A DNA stretch of 32,000 nt from Candidatus Nanosynbacter sp. BB002 (GTDB lineage Bacteria > Patescibacteriota > Saccharimonadia > Saccharimonadales > Saccharimonadaceae), in NCBI RefSeq assembly GCF_037013405.1, contig NZ_CP146064.1, forward strand, positions 30,001 through 62,000, read 5' to 3'. The notes under the pieces were generated by a model. It saw nothing but the letters and a program-made list of their open reading frames with translations. It ran no database searches and had not been told where the DNA came from. Below are positions 24,038 through 32,000 of the stretch, piece after piece. A program made the translations under genes and the position numbers. Every line of letters begins with the position of its first letter. Position 1 is the first letter of the stretch.

Positions 24038-25008
24038 CCGACGATCCAATAAAAAACAGGCCATTAGCAACTGATGAGACGGAATTCGATGAGCCGACCA
24101 TCGATGATGTTGATGATGACGAGGAAACCGAAGACCTTGACGCTCTGAATGCTGGGCAATACCTGGATGATATCTCTGATGACTCGGTCAGGTTGTATTT
24201 GCGTGAGATTGGTAAAATTCCGCTGCTCAATGCTGAAGAAGAGATGGAATTGGCACACCGTGTGATTCAGGGTGATAAAAGGGCTAAAGATAAGATGGCT
24301 GAGGCGAACATGCGGTTGGTGGTGTCAATTGCCAAGCGGTATTCGGGCCGTGGGTTGGATTTTCTAGACTTGATTCAGGAAGGTAATACTGGCCTGCTTC
24401 GCGCGGTTGAGAAGTTCGATCCAGACAAAGGCTTTAAGTTCTCAACCTATGCCACCTGGTGGATTCGCCAGGCGATTACTCGAGCGATTGCTGACCAGGC
24501 ACGAACCATTCGTATCCCGGTGCACATGGTGGAAACCATCAACAAATTGTTGCGCACTCAGCGACGGATGACGCAAGAGTTGAACCGTGAACCGACTATT
24601 GAAGAGCTGTCTAAAGAGCTGGATATGGAGCCAGAAAAGATTGAATATGTGATGAAAATCAAGCAAGACATTTCAAGCTTGGACGCGGGTGTCGGTCGTG
24701 ATGGTGATGAAGAAGATTCGGTGTTGGGCGATTTCATCGAAGATGAAGATACGGTATCACCAGAAGAGTCAGCGACCAATCAATTGCTCAAAGAGCAGGT
24801 CAATGATGTACTGTCGAGCTTGAGTGATCGTGAGCAGAAAATTGTCCGTATGCGCTTTGGGTTGGACAATGGTAAAAGCCACACGTTGGAAGAAGTTGGT
24901 CAAGAGTTCGCTGTGACACGTGAACGAATTCGCCAGATTGAAGCGAAGGCTTTGGCGAAGCTGAGGAAGCACAAAGATGCTAAAAAATTGTATGAATATT
25001 TGAGCTAA
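24034..25008 (+). CDS. rpoD: Primary RNA polymerase sigma factor (sigma-70 family)
   Basis: Region 1.2 is [16 protein letters not shown], region 2 is [27 protein letters not shown], and region 4.2 is [24 protein letters not shown]. The GTG start overlaps the dnaG stop (GTGA), with AAGGAGA SD. Confidence 0.93.
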   Translation: MTDDPIKNRPLATDETEFDEPTIDDVDDDEETEDLDALNAGQYLDDISDDSVRLYLREIGKIPLLNAEEEMELAHRVIQGDKRAKDKMAEANMRLVVSIAKRYSGRGLDFLDLIQEGNTGLLRAVEKFDPDKGFKFSTYATWWIRQAITRAIADQARTIRIPVHMVETINKLLRTQRRMTQELNREPTIEELSKELDMEPEKIEYVMKIKQDISSLDAGVGRDGDEEDSVLGDFIEDEDTVSPEESATNQLLKEQVNDVLSSLSDREQKIVRMRFGLDNGKSHTLEEVGQEFAVTRERIRQIEAKALAKLRKHKDAKKLYEYLS

Positions 25009-25031
25009 ATGAGCAAGCGATAATAAAAAAG

Positions 25032-25065
25032 AAAAAAGCCAGGCGGATGTTCGTCTGGCTTTTTT
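25032..25065. terminator. Bidirectional intrinsic terminator after rpoD
   Basis: AAAAAAGCCAGGCG-GATGTT-CGTCTGGCTTTTTT forms an 8-bp GC-rich stem flanked by A6 and T6. Confidence 0.85.
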
Positions 25066-25078
25066 GATGCGTTGTGAT

Positions 25079-25666
25079 CTAGCACTGCTCAGGCGCCTTG
25101 CAAAAATGTTCGTGGTGAGTGACGGCCTCTAGCTGCGCGTATAGCTCGTCCAGCCCGCGGTCGTTCATCACAAAATAGTCGGCAATGGCAATTGGTCCGC
25201 CTTTTTCTAAGTTTTCAATTTCCGACCAATCACGTTGGTCAACTTCGCGCGGCTGCATCGGTCGTTCGGGGCGTTTGGCCATACGTTGATAGCGCAGGTG
25301 TTTTGGCGTGACAACGGCGATGACAGACATTTGGCCAGGGAATTCGTGCTTGAGGATTTTGTATTCGCTCCAGGTGTACAAACCGTCCAGGACAATGAGC
25401 TTTTGGCCAGCGTCAATCAAGTCATGCGCGGATTTGACGACTCGCTTGACCACGAAATCTTTGCCTTCGCGCCAGCGAATTTCCTCACGGAATTTTTGCT
25501 GATTATTCCAAGTCGGTTCAATGCCGGCCTCTTCCATGGCTTTGTAGATGACGCCACCAAAGTAAATTTTTGGAATGCCCTTTTTGGTGAAATATTCGAC
25601 CGCCGAACTTTTACCGCTACCAGCCAGACCGACCAGGGCGATGATTTTTGCGTGTGGTTGTATCAT
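25079..25666 (-). CDS. P-loop nucleotide/nucleoside kinase-like protein (UPF0200 / dephospho-CoA-kinase-like family)
   Basis: Walker A is GLAGSGKSS. The layout LDGLYTWSEY...RYQRMAKRPERP...DW.EIENLEKGGPIAIADYFVMND resembles archaeal-type small kinases. Confidence 0.55.
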   Translation of the reverse strand: MIQPHAKIIALVGLAGSGKSSAVEYFTKKGIPKIYFGGVIYKAMEEAGIEPTWNNQQKFREEIRWREGKDFVVKRVVKSAHDLIDAGQKLIVLDGLYTWSEYKILKHEFPGQMSVIAVVTPKHLRYQRMAKRPERPMQPREVDQRDWSEIENLEKGGPIAIADYFVMNDRGLDELYAQLEAVTHHEHFCKAPEQC

Positions 25667-25672
25667 GTTGTT

Positions 25673-25681
25673 AGTATAGCA
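25673..25681 (-). promoter_or_regulatory. Extended -10 promoter (TGC TATACT) 6 nt before the kinase ATG; predicted leaderless
   Basis: The minus strand reads TGC TATACT AACAAC ATG (25681 down to 25664). Confidence 0.5.
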
Positions 25682-25685
25682 AATT

Positions 25686-25694
25686 TGATATACT
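25686..25694 (+). promoter_or_regulatory. Extended -10 promoter (TGA TATACT) 6 nt before the polA ATG; predicted leaderless
   Basis: The sequence reads TGA TATACT GAGTAT ATG (25686-25703). Confidence 0.5.
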
Positions 25695-25700
25695 GAGTAT

Positions 25701-28235
25701 ATGAAACGTTTGGCAGTTATCGACGGAAAATCAGTGTTTTATCGAGGGTATTATGCTATGCCGGGGCTGAGCACGGCGGATGGTACGCCGACGGGCGGGG
25801 TGTATGGATTTGTGAGCTTGGCGATTGAGCTGATCAAGAAATTGGAGCCGGATTATGTGGCGGTGGCGTGGGACAAGCGCGGCACCAATATCCGTAAGAG
25901 GCGGGAATTATACTCAGAATACAAGGCAGGTCGCAAGCCAGCGCCTGATGATTTTTATCAGCAAATTCCGATTTTGATGGAACTGCTGGACGCGTTTGGC
26001 TGGCCGCTGTATGAACTGGATGATTATGAGGCGGACGATATCATGGGTGCGTTTGCTAGGCAAGCGGAAGCGCGCGGCGTGCAGACCTGTCTGCTGACGT
26101 CGGATTTGGATGCGCTGCAATTGGTGTCACCGCTGACCAAAGTCTACGCCATGAAAAACGGCCTGAGGAACATCGAGGAATTTACGGCGGAGTATTTTGA
26201 ACAAAAATATGGTATTCGGACGGACCAGTTTTTGGATTTGAAGGCGCTGAAGGGTGATTCGAGCGACAATTTGCCAGGCGTGCCAGGTGTTGGTGAAAAG
26301 ACGGCGGTGAAATTATTGCAAGCATATGACACACTGGACGGCGTGTATGCGCATGTGGATGAGCAAACAGGCGCTCTACGGATAAAGCTTGAAGCGGGCC
26401 GCGAGTCGGCGTATTTGACCAAGCAAGTGGCGGAGATTTGGACGGACGCGCCAGTGGAACTGGACTGGGGGGTGGCTGATGTTAATGACTGCGATTTTGC
26501 TAGAGTGGCGGAGATTTTGCGGAAACTGGAGTTTCATTCGCTGATTGGGCGGCTGCCAAAGACGATGCAGGCGGTGGATGAGGCAGTGGAGACGGCGGAG
26601 CTGGATTTACCGCGTGTTGACAATTTGCCGGCTGAGCCGCTGTTTGAAACAGAAAACATTATCTATATTGATCCATCAGAGCCGGACACGGTCTATATTA
26701 ATTCCAAGCCTGGTGTGGCGTGGCGAGCGAAGATTAGTGAAATTGGCTGGTCGGTTTGGCAGCTGTTGGCACAGGGCGTGGTGATTGCGGCGGACATCAA
26801 GGGGTTGTATCACGCGGTGGATGCTCACGGTGTGACGGTGCGGTTTCATGAGGTCTGGGATGTTGGTCAGGCGGCGTTTTTGATCGATCCACTGAGGCGC
26901 GACCGCAGTTTAGCGGCACTGGCGGGTGATTTTTCTGAGGATAATTTCCCAGCACGGCAGCTGGCGCGACTACGCCAAATATACCACCAGCAACAGGACT
27001 ATATGGCGGCGCATCAGCAAGTTGCTCGGGTGCTCCGTGAGTTTGATTTTCCAGTGATTTGGCCGCTGTTTCAGATGGAAAAGCGCGGCATGAAACTGGA
27101 TACGGCGCTACTTGAACAGATGGGTGAGGAGCTGAGGTCGGAGGTTAGTCAGCTTGAACAACAAATGTATGCGATGGCTGGGCGCGAGTTCAATGCTGCT
27201 AGTCCGGTGCAGCTGTCTGAGGTGCTATTCACCAAGTTGCAGCTGCCGACGACTGGTATCAAAAAAGGTAAAACCGGCTATTCGACAGGACAGAAGGAGC
27301 TAGATAAACTGCGCGGACAGCACCCGATCATCGAGCTGATTGAGCGGTACCGGGAGCTGACTAAATTGATCAGCACCTACATTGAAGCGCTGCCGAAGTT
27401 GGTGGCCGAGGACGGGCGGATTCACACCACATTTAATCAAGACGTCACCAGCACTGGGCGGCTGAGTAGCACAAATCCTAACCTGCAGAATATCCCGGTG
27501 CGCACAGAACTGGGCCGGAAAATTCGCCAGGCGTTTGTGCCGAGCCAGGGCAAGGTGTTTGTTGGTGCCGATTATTCACAATTTGAGCTGCGACTGGCGG
27601 CGGTGCTGGCGGGCGATGAGCAGCTGATTAACGATTTTAATAGCGACGTGGATATTCACACTAAGACGGCGGCCGAGACCTACGGCGTACCGATGGCCGA
27701 GGTGACAAAATTGCAGCGCCGCGCGGCCAAGGTGATTAACTTTGGGGTGCTGTATGGCATGAGTCCACATGGTTTGGCGGCGGCTACCGGCATGACGTTC
27801 ACTGAGGCGAAACAGTTTATTGAACACTATTTTGCAGTGCGTCAGCCAATTCGTCAGTATTTGGACACAATTTTAGTTCAAGCGCGCGAACAAGGTTTTG
27901 TCGAGACGTATTTTGGTCGGCGCCGACCAACACCAGATGTTAAATCGAGCAACTTTATGGTGCGTTCGGCGGCTGAGCGGGCGGCGATGAATATGCCGAT
28001 TCAGGGCACGGAAGCAGATTTGATGAAACTGGCGATGATTCGACTGGAGGATAAATTAGCTGGTTTGGCCGAACCGGTTCTGCAGGTTCATGACTCGATT
28101 TTGGTGGAGTGTGCGCCGGAAGACGCTGAGCGAGTAGGCGAAATCATGCGTGCGGAAATGGAAGGTGTTTGTCCGGAGTTGCCAATTCGATTGAAGGTTG
28201 ATGTACAAATAGGCAAAAATTGGGAGGAAACATAA
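25701..28235 (+). CDS. polA: DNA polymerase I (5' nuclease plus family A polymerase; middle domain apparently exo-inactive)
   Basis: The 5'-nuclease domain contains LTSDLDALQL and GDSSDNLPGVPGVGEKTA. Pol motif A is DYSQFELR, motif B is RRAAKVINFGVLYG, and motif C is QVHDS. Confidence 0.95.
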   Translation: MKRLAVIDGKSVFYRGYYAMPGLSTADGTPTGGVYGFVSLAIELIKKLEPDYVAVAWDKRGTNIRKRRELYSEYKAGRKPAPDDFYQQIPILMELLDAFGWPLYELDDYEADDIMGAFARQAEARGVQTCLLTSDLDALQLVSPLTKVYAMKNGLRNIEEFTAEYFEQKYGIRTDQFLDLKALKGDSSDNLPGVPGVGEKTAVKLLQAYDTLDGVYAHVDEQTGALRIKLEAGRESAYLTKQVAEIWTDAPVELDWGVADVNDCDFARVAEILRKLEFHSLIGRLPKTMQAVDEAVETAELDLPRVDNLPAEPLFETENIIYIDPSEPDTVYINSKPGVAWRAKISEIGWSVWQLLAQGVVIAADIKGLYHAVDAHGVTVRFHEVWDVGQAAFLIDPLRRDRSLAALAGDFSEDNFPARQLARLRQIYHQQQDYMAAHQQVARVLREFDFPVIWPLFQMEKRGMKLDTALLEQMGEELRSEVSQLEQQMYAMAGREFNAASPVQLSEVLFTKLQLPTTGIKKGKTGYSTGQKELDKLRGQHPIIELIERYRELTKLISTYIEALPKLVAEDGRIHTTFNQDVTSTGRLSSTNPNLQNIPVRTELGRKIRQAFVPSQGKVFVGADYSQFELRLAAVLAGDEQLINDFNSDVDIHTKTAAETYGVPMAEVTKLQRRAAKVINFGVLYGMSPHGLAAATGMTFTEAKQFIEHYFAVRQPIRQYLDTILVQAREQGFVETYFGRRRPTPDVKSSNFMVRSAAERAAMNMPIQGTEADLMKLAMIRLEDKLAGLAEPVLQVHDSILVECAPEDAERVGEIMRAEMEGVCPELPIRLKVDVQIGKNWEET

Positions 28236-28236
28236 G

Positions 28237-28647
28237 ATGACAGAGCAGTTATTTCAAATCGGCATAAAAGCCCTTATTCAAAACGATGAACGCCACATTT
28301 TGCTACTCAAAAGCCAAGACTATTGGGATATTCCAGGCGGTAGGATGGATCAGGGTGAGGATATAGCAGCTGCACTGTTACGTGAGCTACATGAGGAGAT
28401 TGGCATTCATTACATTGCCAAACGAGAACTGTGGAATGTAGCAAAAGCGGTCAAACAGCTACCGTATAACGATATAATGACAAGTTTGATGTTGATTGTG
28501 TACCGTGTTCAGCTACCGGCAGATCAAATTCCTCGTTCATGTGAGCCTGGCGTTATACTTCATTGGGTAAGCCCTGAACAAGCGGCTGATTATCTGAAAA
28601 ACAAATATCCTGAGGCCTTCCGTCAAGCGATAGCCCAGCTCTCGTAG
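28237..28647 (+). CDS. Nudix hydrolase
   Basis: The Nudix box is GGRMDQGEDIAAALLRELHEEIGI. It starts 1 nt after the polA stop. Confidence 0.8.
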   Translation: MTEQLFQIGIKALIQNDERHILLLKSQDYWDIPGGRMDQGEDIAAALLRELHEEIGIHYIAKRELWNVAKAVKQLPYNDIMTSLMLIVYRVQLPADQIPRSCEPGVILHWVSPEQAADYLKNKYPEAFRQAIAQLS

Positions 28648-28683
28648 GATACTAATTATACTAGTGCAAAAATTCTAATATTA

Positions 28684-28692
28684 TGGTATAAT
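28684..28692 (+). promoter_or_regulatory. Extended -10 promoter (TGG TATAAT) 6 nt before ATG 28699; predicted leaderless
   Basis: The sequence reads TGG TATAAT CACCCC ATG (28684-28701). Confidence 0.5.
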
Positions 28693-28698
28693 CACCCC

Positions 28699-29343
28699 AT
28701 GAGATACGCAAGAACAAATTCTTTTTCCCGACTGATACCGATTTTACTGGTTATTATCATCATGGTGGTGGCGGTGGCAGCGGTGATCGCCATTGGTCAG
28801 TCTTTGCTGGGCGGTAATAATCCGGAGAATAAGCCAAAATCTCAGGCAGATATTGCCAAAGAATCATTGCTGTCGACTGACGCTAACCGAGCGGTGCGTT
28901 TGACAGTTCGCGGACCAATCGTGGCGCAGGAAAAATTCCGCTCCTACCAGATTGAGATTACTCCAGACATTCGACGCATGAGTACCTATGAGGGCTACTT
29001 GGAAAAGCAAATTGATGAGAAAAAGTTAGATAATAATAGCCGCGCATATGAGGAATTGGTGTACGCTCTGGAAAAAAGAAAGATGATGGAAGGGCGTCAA
29101 TTGTCAGAAGAACAAAATGATTTGAGGGGTATTTGCGCCAACGGCAAAGTGTACAAGTTTGAGACATTATATCATGGAAATCCAGTGAAGACGCTGTGGA
29201 CGTCGGACTGTGGTGGTTCAAAAGGCTCAGCAACTGCCAATGCCAACGACATATTGCTGATGTTCCTCAATCAAATTCCTGACGGGAAAAAGATTGCTGC
29301 GGGCGTTGGTTTGCAACAGGAAGATACATTCTTCCAATTCTAA
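28699..29343 (+). CDS. Hypothetical N-terminally anchored membrane protein (214 aa)
   Basis: It has one N-terminal TM segment (LIPILLVIIIMVVAVAAVIAIG) and a soluble domain with two Cys. I recognise no family. Confidence 0.55.
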   Translation: MRYARTNSFSRLIPILLVIIIMVVAVAAVIAIGQSLLGGNNPENKPKSQADIAKESLLSTDANRAVRLTVRGPIVAQEKFRSYQIEITPDIRRMSTYEGYLEKQIDEKKLDNNSRAYEELVYALEKRKMMEGRQLSEEQNDLRGICANGKVYKFETLYHGNPVKTLWTSDCGGSKGSATANANDILLMFLNQIPDGKKIAAGVGLQQEDTFFQF

Positions 29344-29381
29344 TACACATAATAGATAACGAGGGATGGAGGTTACATCGG

Positions 29382-30350
29382 ATGCCTGAGCTGCCAGAAG
29401 TTGAGACAGTTCGCCGCGGTTTGGCGGAGTTGTTACCGGGTCGAGTAGTAGCACGAGTGGCGGTGTTTGACTCGCCAAAAAGCTTTCCGAATGCGCCCGC
29501 TGATGTTGAACAATTTTTGTATGGCGCACGCGTGACGGCGGTGCGACGGCGAGCGAAGGTGCTGATGATTGACCTGGATACTCGCTACTCGCTAGTGATA
29601 CATCTGAAGATGACGGGCCAGCTGGTGTTTCGCCAATGGTATTCTCGGGCGTCGTCTGCTAACAATCTGGGTCCCGGTGACAAGCACGCCCAGATTGTGA
29701 CCAGAGACACCACTCAAATACCTGACGCATCTAACTTCGCTGGTGGTCATCCAAATGACAGCTTGATCGGTGAGCTGCCGGATCGGTCGACGCGGGTGCA
29801 GATTGATTTTGTGGACGGGTCGCGGCTGTTTTTTAACGATCAGCGCAAGTTTGGCTGGGTGAAGTTGCTGCCGACTGATGAGGTAAAAGACCTACCGTTC
29901 ATGCAAAAAGTTGGGCCGGAGCCGCTTGATCCTCAGACGCGCGCCGAGGATTTCATCCAGCGGATTCGCCGCCGCCAGAATTCGATGATCAAGCCGGCTT
30001 TTCTTGACCAGACGGTGATCGCCGGTGTTGGTAATATTTATGCTGACGAGGCGCTGTGGGCAGCACAGATTCATCCGCAAACGCGGGTAAAAAACGTTAG
30101 CGATCAGCAGCTGAATACATTATTTAATGAGCTGCGGCACATCTTGCAGCTCAGCATCGACCAAGGTGGCTCAACCGATAAAAATTACGTTGATGCCGAG
30201 GGTCGGAAAGGAAATTATCTGACATTTGCTCATGTGTTCCGCCGCGAAGGTCAAGTCTGCCATCGCCACCCTGACCAAGAGATTATCAAGTTGAAAGTCG
30301 GCGGCCGCGGTACGCATGTCTGTCCGGTATGTCAAGCGGAGGTTATATGA
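29382..30350 (+). CDS. mutM: Formamidopyrimidine-DNA glycosylase (Fpg/MutM) with internal insertion
   Basis: The N-terminus is MPELPEVETVRRGL, the H2TH region contains GVGNIYADEALW, and a C-terminal zinc finger region is present. SD GGATGGAGG. Confidence 0.88.
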   Translation: MPELPEVETVRRGLAELLPGRVVARVAVFDSPKSFPNAPADVEQFLYGARVTAVRRRAKVLMIDLDTRYSLVIHLKMTGQLVFRQWYSRASSANNLGPGDKHAQIVTRDTTQIPDASNFAGGHPNDSLIGELPDRSTRVQIDFVDGSRLFFNDQRKFGWVKLLPTDEVKDLPFMQKVGPEPLDPQTRAEDFIQRIRRRQNSMIKPAFLDQTVIAGVGNIYADEALWAAQIHPQTRVKNVSDQQLNTLFNELRHILQLSIDQGGSTDKNYVDAEGRKGNYLTFAHVFRREGQVCHRHPDQEIIKLKVGGRGTHVCPVCQAEVI

Positions 30351-31243
30351 TTTATCTTCTCCACGGTAACAATGAGTTTGAAAAACGGGCGGCGCTTGCG
30401 GCACTCGTTGGTGATGCGGACGTGATGCGGCGTGATGGTGAAGCGTTGACACTGGCAGATATACAGGAGATAACGATTGGCCAGACATTGTTTACGCAGT
30501 CTTCGGTGTACGTCATCTCGAAATTGAGCGAAAACCCTGACATTTGGCCACGGCTACCAGAGATATTGTTTGATGACGATAACACTATTATCCTAGTAGA
30601 GAGTAAACTTGATAAGCGAACAAAAACCTATAAATGGCTACAAAAAACCGCTAAAACCCAAGAATTTGTGCCGCTCAGTGACCGCCAAAAACCGCAGCTT
30701 ATATCTTGGTGTGAAGTGCAGGCTCGTGAGCGCGGTTATAAGCTGACACGTAAACAAATAGGGATGTTAATTGACCGGTTGGGGTTTGATCAGCTGCGAC
30801 TCAGTAATTTTTTGGACCAATTGGCGCTCGCGGAGAAGATTACCGATGCGCTGATCAATGATTTGGTGCCGTTGGCGAGGTCAGAAAACGTGTTTGATTT
30901 GTTCGTGGCCGCTTTGTCGAAAGATTATGAAACGGTGCATAGCATCATCAGTTATTTGGAATCGGAGAGTGGTACAGACGGCGCCTACCAGACGATGGGG
31001 CTACTCGCTTCGCAGGCGACTAACCTGGTAGCATTGGTGTTGTCGGGCGGTGACAATAACATGGTGGCAGCAGATTTTTCGGTTAATCCGTATGTATTGC
31101 AGCGCTTGTCCTCGTCGGCGCGAACTATTGATATTGAACATCTCAGGCGGATCAACGATGCGTTGTTCCAGGCAGATCTCCAGATGAAAACGACCGGAGT
31201 TAATCCGTGGCTACTGATAGAAACGGCGTTGGTAGATTTGTAG
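30347..31243 (+). CDS. holA: DNA polymerase III delta subunit-like protein
   Basis: 299 aa starting MIYLLHGNNEF, consistent with the N-terminal pattern of HolA. An ATGA overlap couples it to mutM, with GGAGG SD. Family assignment is by overall pattern only. Confidence 0.55.
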   Translation: MIYLLHGNNEFEKRAALAALVGDADVMRRDGEALTLADIQEITIGQTLFTQSSVYVISKLSENPDIWPRLPEILFDDDNTIILVESKLDKRTKTYKWLQKTAKTQEFVPLSDRQKPQLISWCEVQARERGYKLTRKQIGMLIDRLGFDQLRLSNFLDQLALAEKITDALINDLVPLARSENVFDLFVAALSKDYETVHSIISYLESESGTDGAYQTMGLLASQATNLVALVLSGGDNNMVAADFSVNPYVLQRLSSSARTIDIEHLRRINDALFQADLQMKTTGVNPWLLIETALVDL

Positions 31244-31250
31244 TTATATA

Positions 31251-31282
31251 ACAACACCTCAGCATCATCACTGAGGTGTTGT
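31251..31282. terminator. Perfect 12-bp hairpin between convergent holA and rpsT
   Basis: ACAACACCTCAG - 8-nt loop - CTGAGGTGTTGT. The flanking U-runs are weak. Confidence 0.6.
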
Positions 31283-31298
31283 TTGAAGTTGACGAGTC

Positions 31299-31679
31299 TT
31301 ATTTGTCAGCTTTTTTGGCAGCAGGCTTTTTTGCCGCTGGCTTCTTTGCAGGTGCCTTTTTGGCAGCTGGCTTGGTAGTTGGTGTTTTCTTTGCAGCAGG
31401 TTTCTTGGCTGCCGGCTTTTTGGTAGCTTCTAGTTTAACACCAGCCTCTTTGGCTGCTTTGCTCAGAGCGCTTTTACGGCGAGCTACAGTATTTTTCTTC
31501 AAAAGACCCTTTTTAACTGCGGTATCTAATTCAGAGTGGGCAGCTGCCAAGGTAGTAGCGGTTGGATTTGCGTGAAAAGCTTTGACTGCTGATTTGATAT
31601 CTTTTTTGATGCCGATGTTCTTTTCACGGCGTTTGACTGCTTGTTTAGCGCGCTTGATGGCGGATTTGATGATTGGCAT
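31299..31679 (-). CDS. rpsT: 30S ribosomal protein S20 with KKPAAKK-repeat C-terminal extension
   Basis: The S20 core is MPIIKSAIKRAKQAVKRREKN...RRKSALSKA, followed by about 43 aa of Lys/Ala/Pro repeats. SD AAAGGAG, with TGTATAAT upstream. Confidence 0.9.
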   Translation of the reverse strand: MPIIKSAIKRAKQAVKRREKNIGIKKDIKSAVKAFHANPTATTLAAAHSELDTAVKKGLLKKNTVARRKSALSKAAKEAGVKLEATKKPAAKKPAAKKTPTTKPAAKKAPAKKPAAKKPAAKKADK

Positions 31680-31779
31680 GGTACTCCTTTACCTCTATAA
31701 GTTATTATCGCTAATCAAGGATGCATTATACAGAAAATCACATGAAAAGTAAAGGGGCGGGATGAAACGGGGTATAATC

Positions 31780-31809
31780 TTGACTAATCGCCTATGCTTA
31801 TGCTATAAT
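31780..31809 (+). promoter_or_regulatory. Promoter TTGACT-18-TGcTATAAT for the last gene
   Basis: TTGACT is at 31780-31785 and TATAAT at 31804-31809 with TG upstream. Confidence 0.55.
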
Positions 31810-31853
31810 TCAGCCAAAGGCTATAGCAATAAAAAGAAACAGGAAAACAAACA

Positions 31854-32000
31854 ATGAGCACCGCTTCCGCCAAGCAGCAGGTAATCCAAAAAATCAAAGA
31901 AAATACTAATATATTGGTTACGGTTAGTCGTGATCCAAGTGTTGATGAGTTATCAGCGGCATTGGGGTTGACGCTATTTTTGAATGAGCTTGGAAAGCAT
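31854..32000 (+). CDS. 5' fragment of a CDS, possibly a DHH/NrnA-like phosphoesterase (runs off the window)
   Basis: MSTASAKQQVIQKIKENTNILVTVSRDPSVDELSAALGLTLFLNELGKH resembles the NrnA N-terminus (I.I..H..PDGDA.GS...L). The DHH motif I residues are replaced by SRDPSVDE. Confidence 0.35.
   Translation, partial: MSTASAKQQVIQKIKENTNILVTVSRDPSVDELSAALGLTLFLNELGKH

Noticed and set aside
31276-31575. A 99-aa plus-strand ORF with striking AAGFFAAGF repeats.
   Set aside because: It is the antisense image of the KKPAAKK repeat tail of rpsT. It has no start context, and S20 on the other strand is clearly real.
1-32000. A search for CRISPR arrays, IS elements or transposases, integrases, toxin-antitoxin pairs, rRNA genes and stop-codon reassignment.
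   Set aside because: No regularly spaced repeats, no recombinase-like ORFs and no paired small ORFs with TA-like features were seen. All recognised genes read through cleanly with the standard code, and TGA, TAA and TAG are all used as stops.

Overview
The window is a compact, almost fully coding stretch of bacterial chromosome with about 32 protein genes and one tRNA. Most genes are housekeeping. In order they are: murE (3' end), murF, CIRCE-groES-groEL, a PGI/PMI-type sugar isomerase, a MacB-type ABC transporter pair, tRNA-Ser(GGA), nrdA-nrdB, pyrG, argS, mscL, a DEAH/HrpA-like helicase, orn, dnaG-rpoD, polA, a Nudix hydrolase, mutM, holA and rpsT. Short or overlapping intergenic regions, lysine-rich tails on unrelated proteins and many promoters placed directly on start codons suggest a small-genome lineage such as Patescibacteria/Saccharibacteria. 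That assignment is an inference and needs a database search. No CRISPR array, IS element, integrase, rRNA or standard-code violation was seen. The points most worth follow-up are listed here. (1) A 1.2-kb single-gene cassette (19.6-20.8 kb) encodes a divergent CCA/poly(A)-polymerase-family nucleotidyltransferase. It is bracketed by a 70-bp direct repeat that duplicates the 5' end of orn, and it sits between a DEAH helicase and orn. (2) The nrd locus has an R2 with Phe at the tyrosyl-radical position and Glu as first metal ligand (class Ic-like). Its R1 has no C-terminal cysteine pair. Downstream lie a co-oriented PNPOx-like flavoprotein gene and an unannotated 57-codon ORF ending in CDGCE. (3) The DnaG zinc-binding domain has lost all four zinc ligands. 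(4) Eight genes share a TGn-TATAAT-N6-ATG architecture, implying leaderless mRNAs. All functional calls rest on motif recognition by eye; no searches were run.
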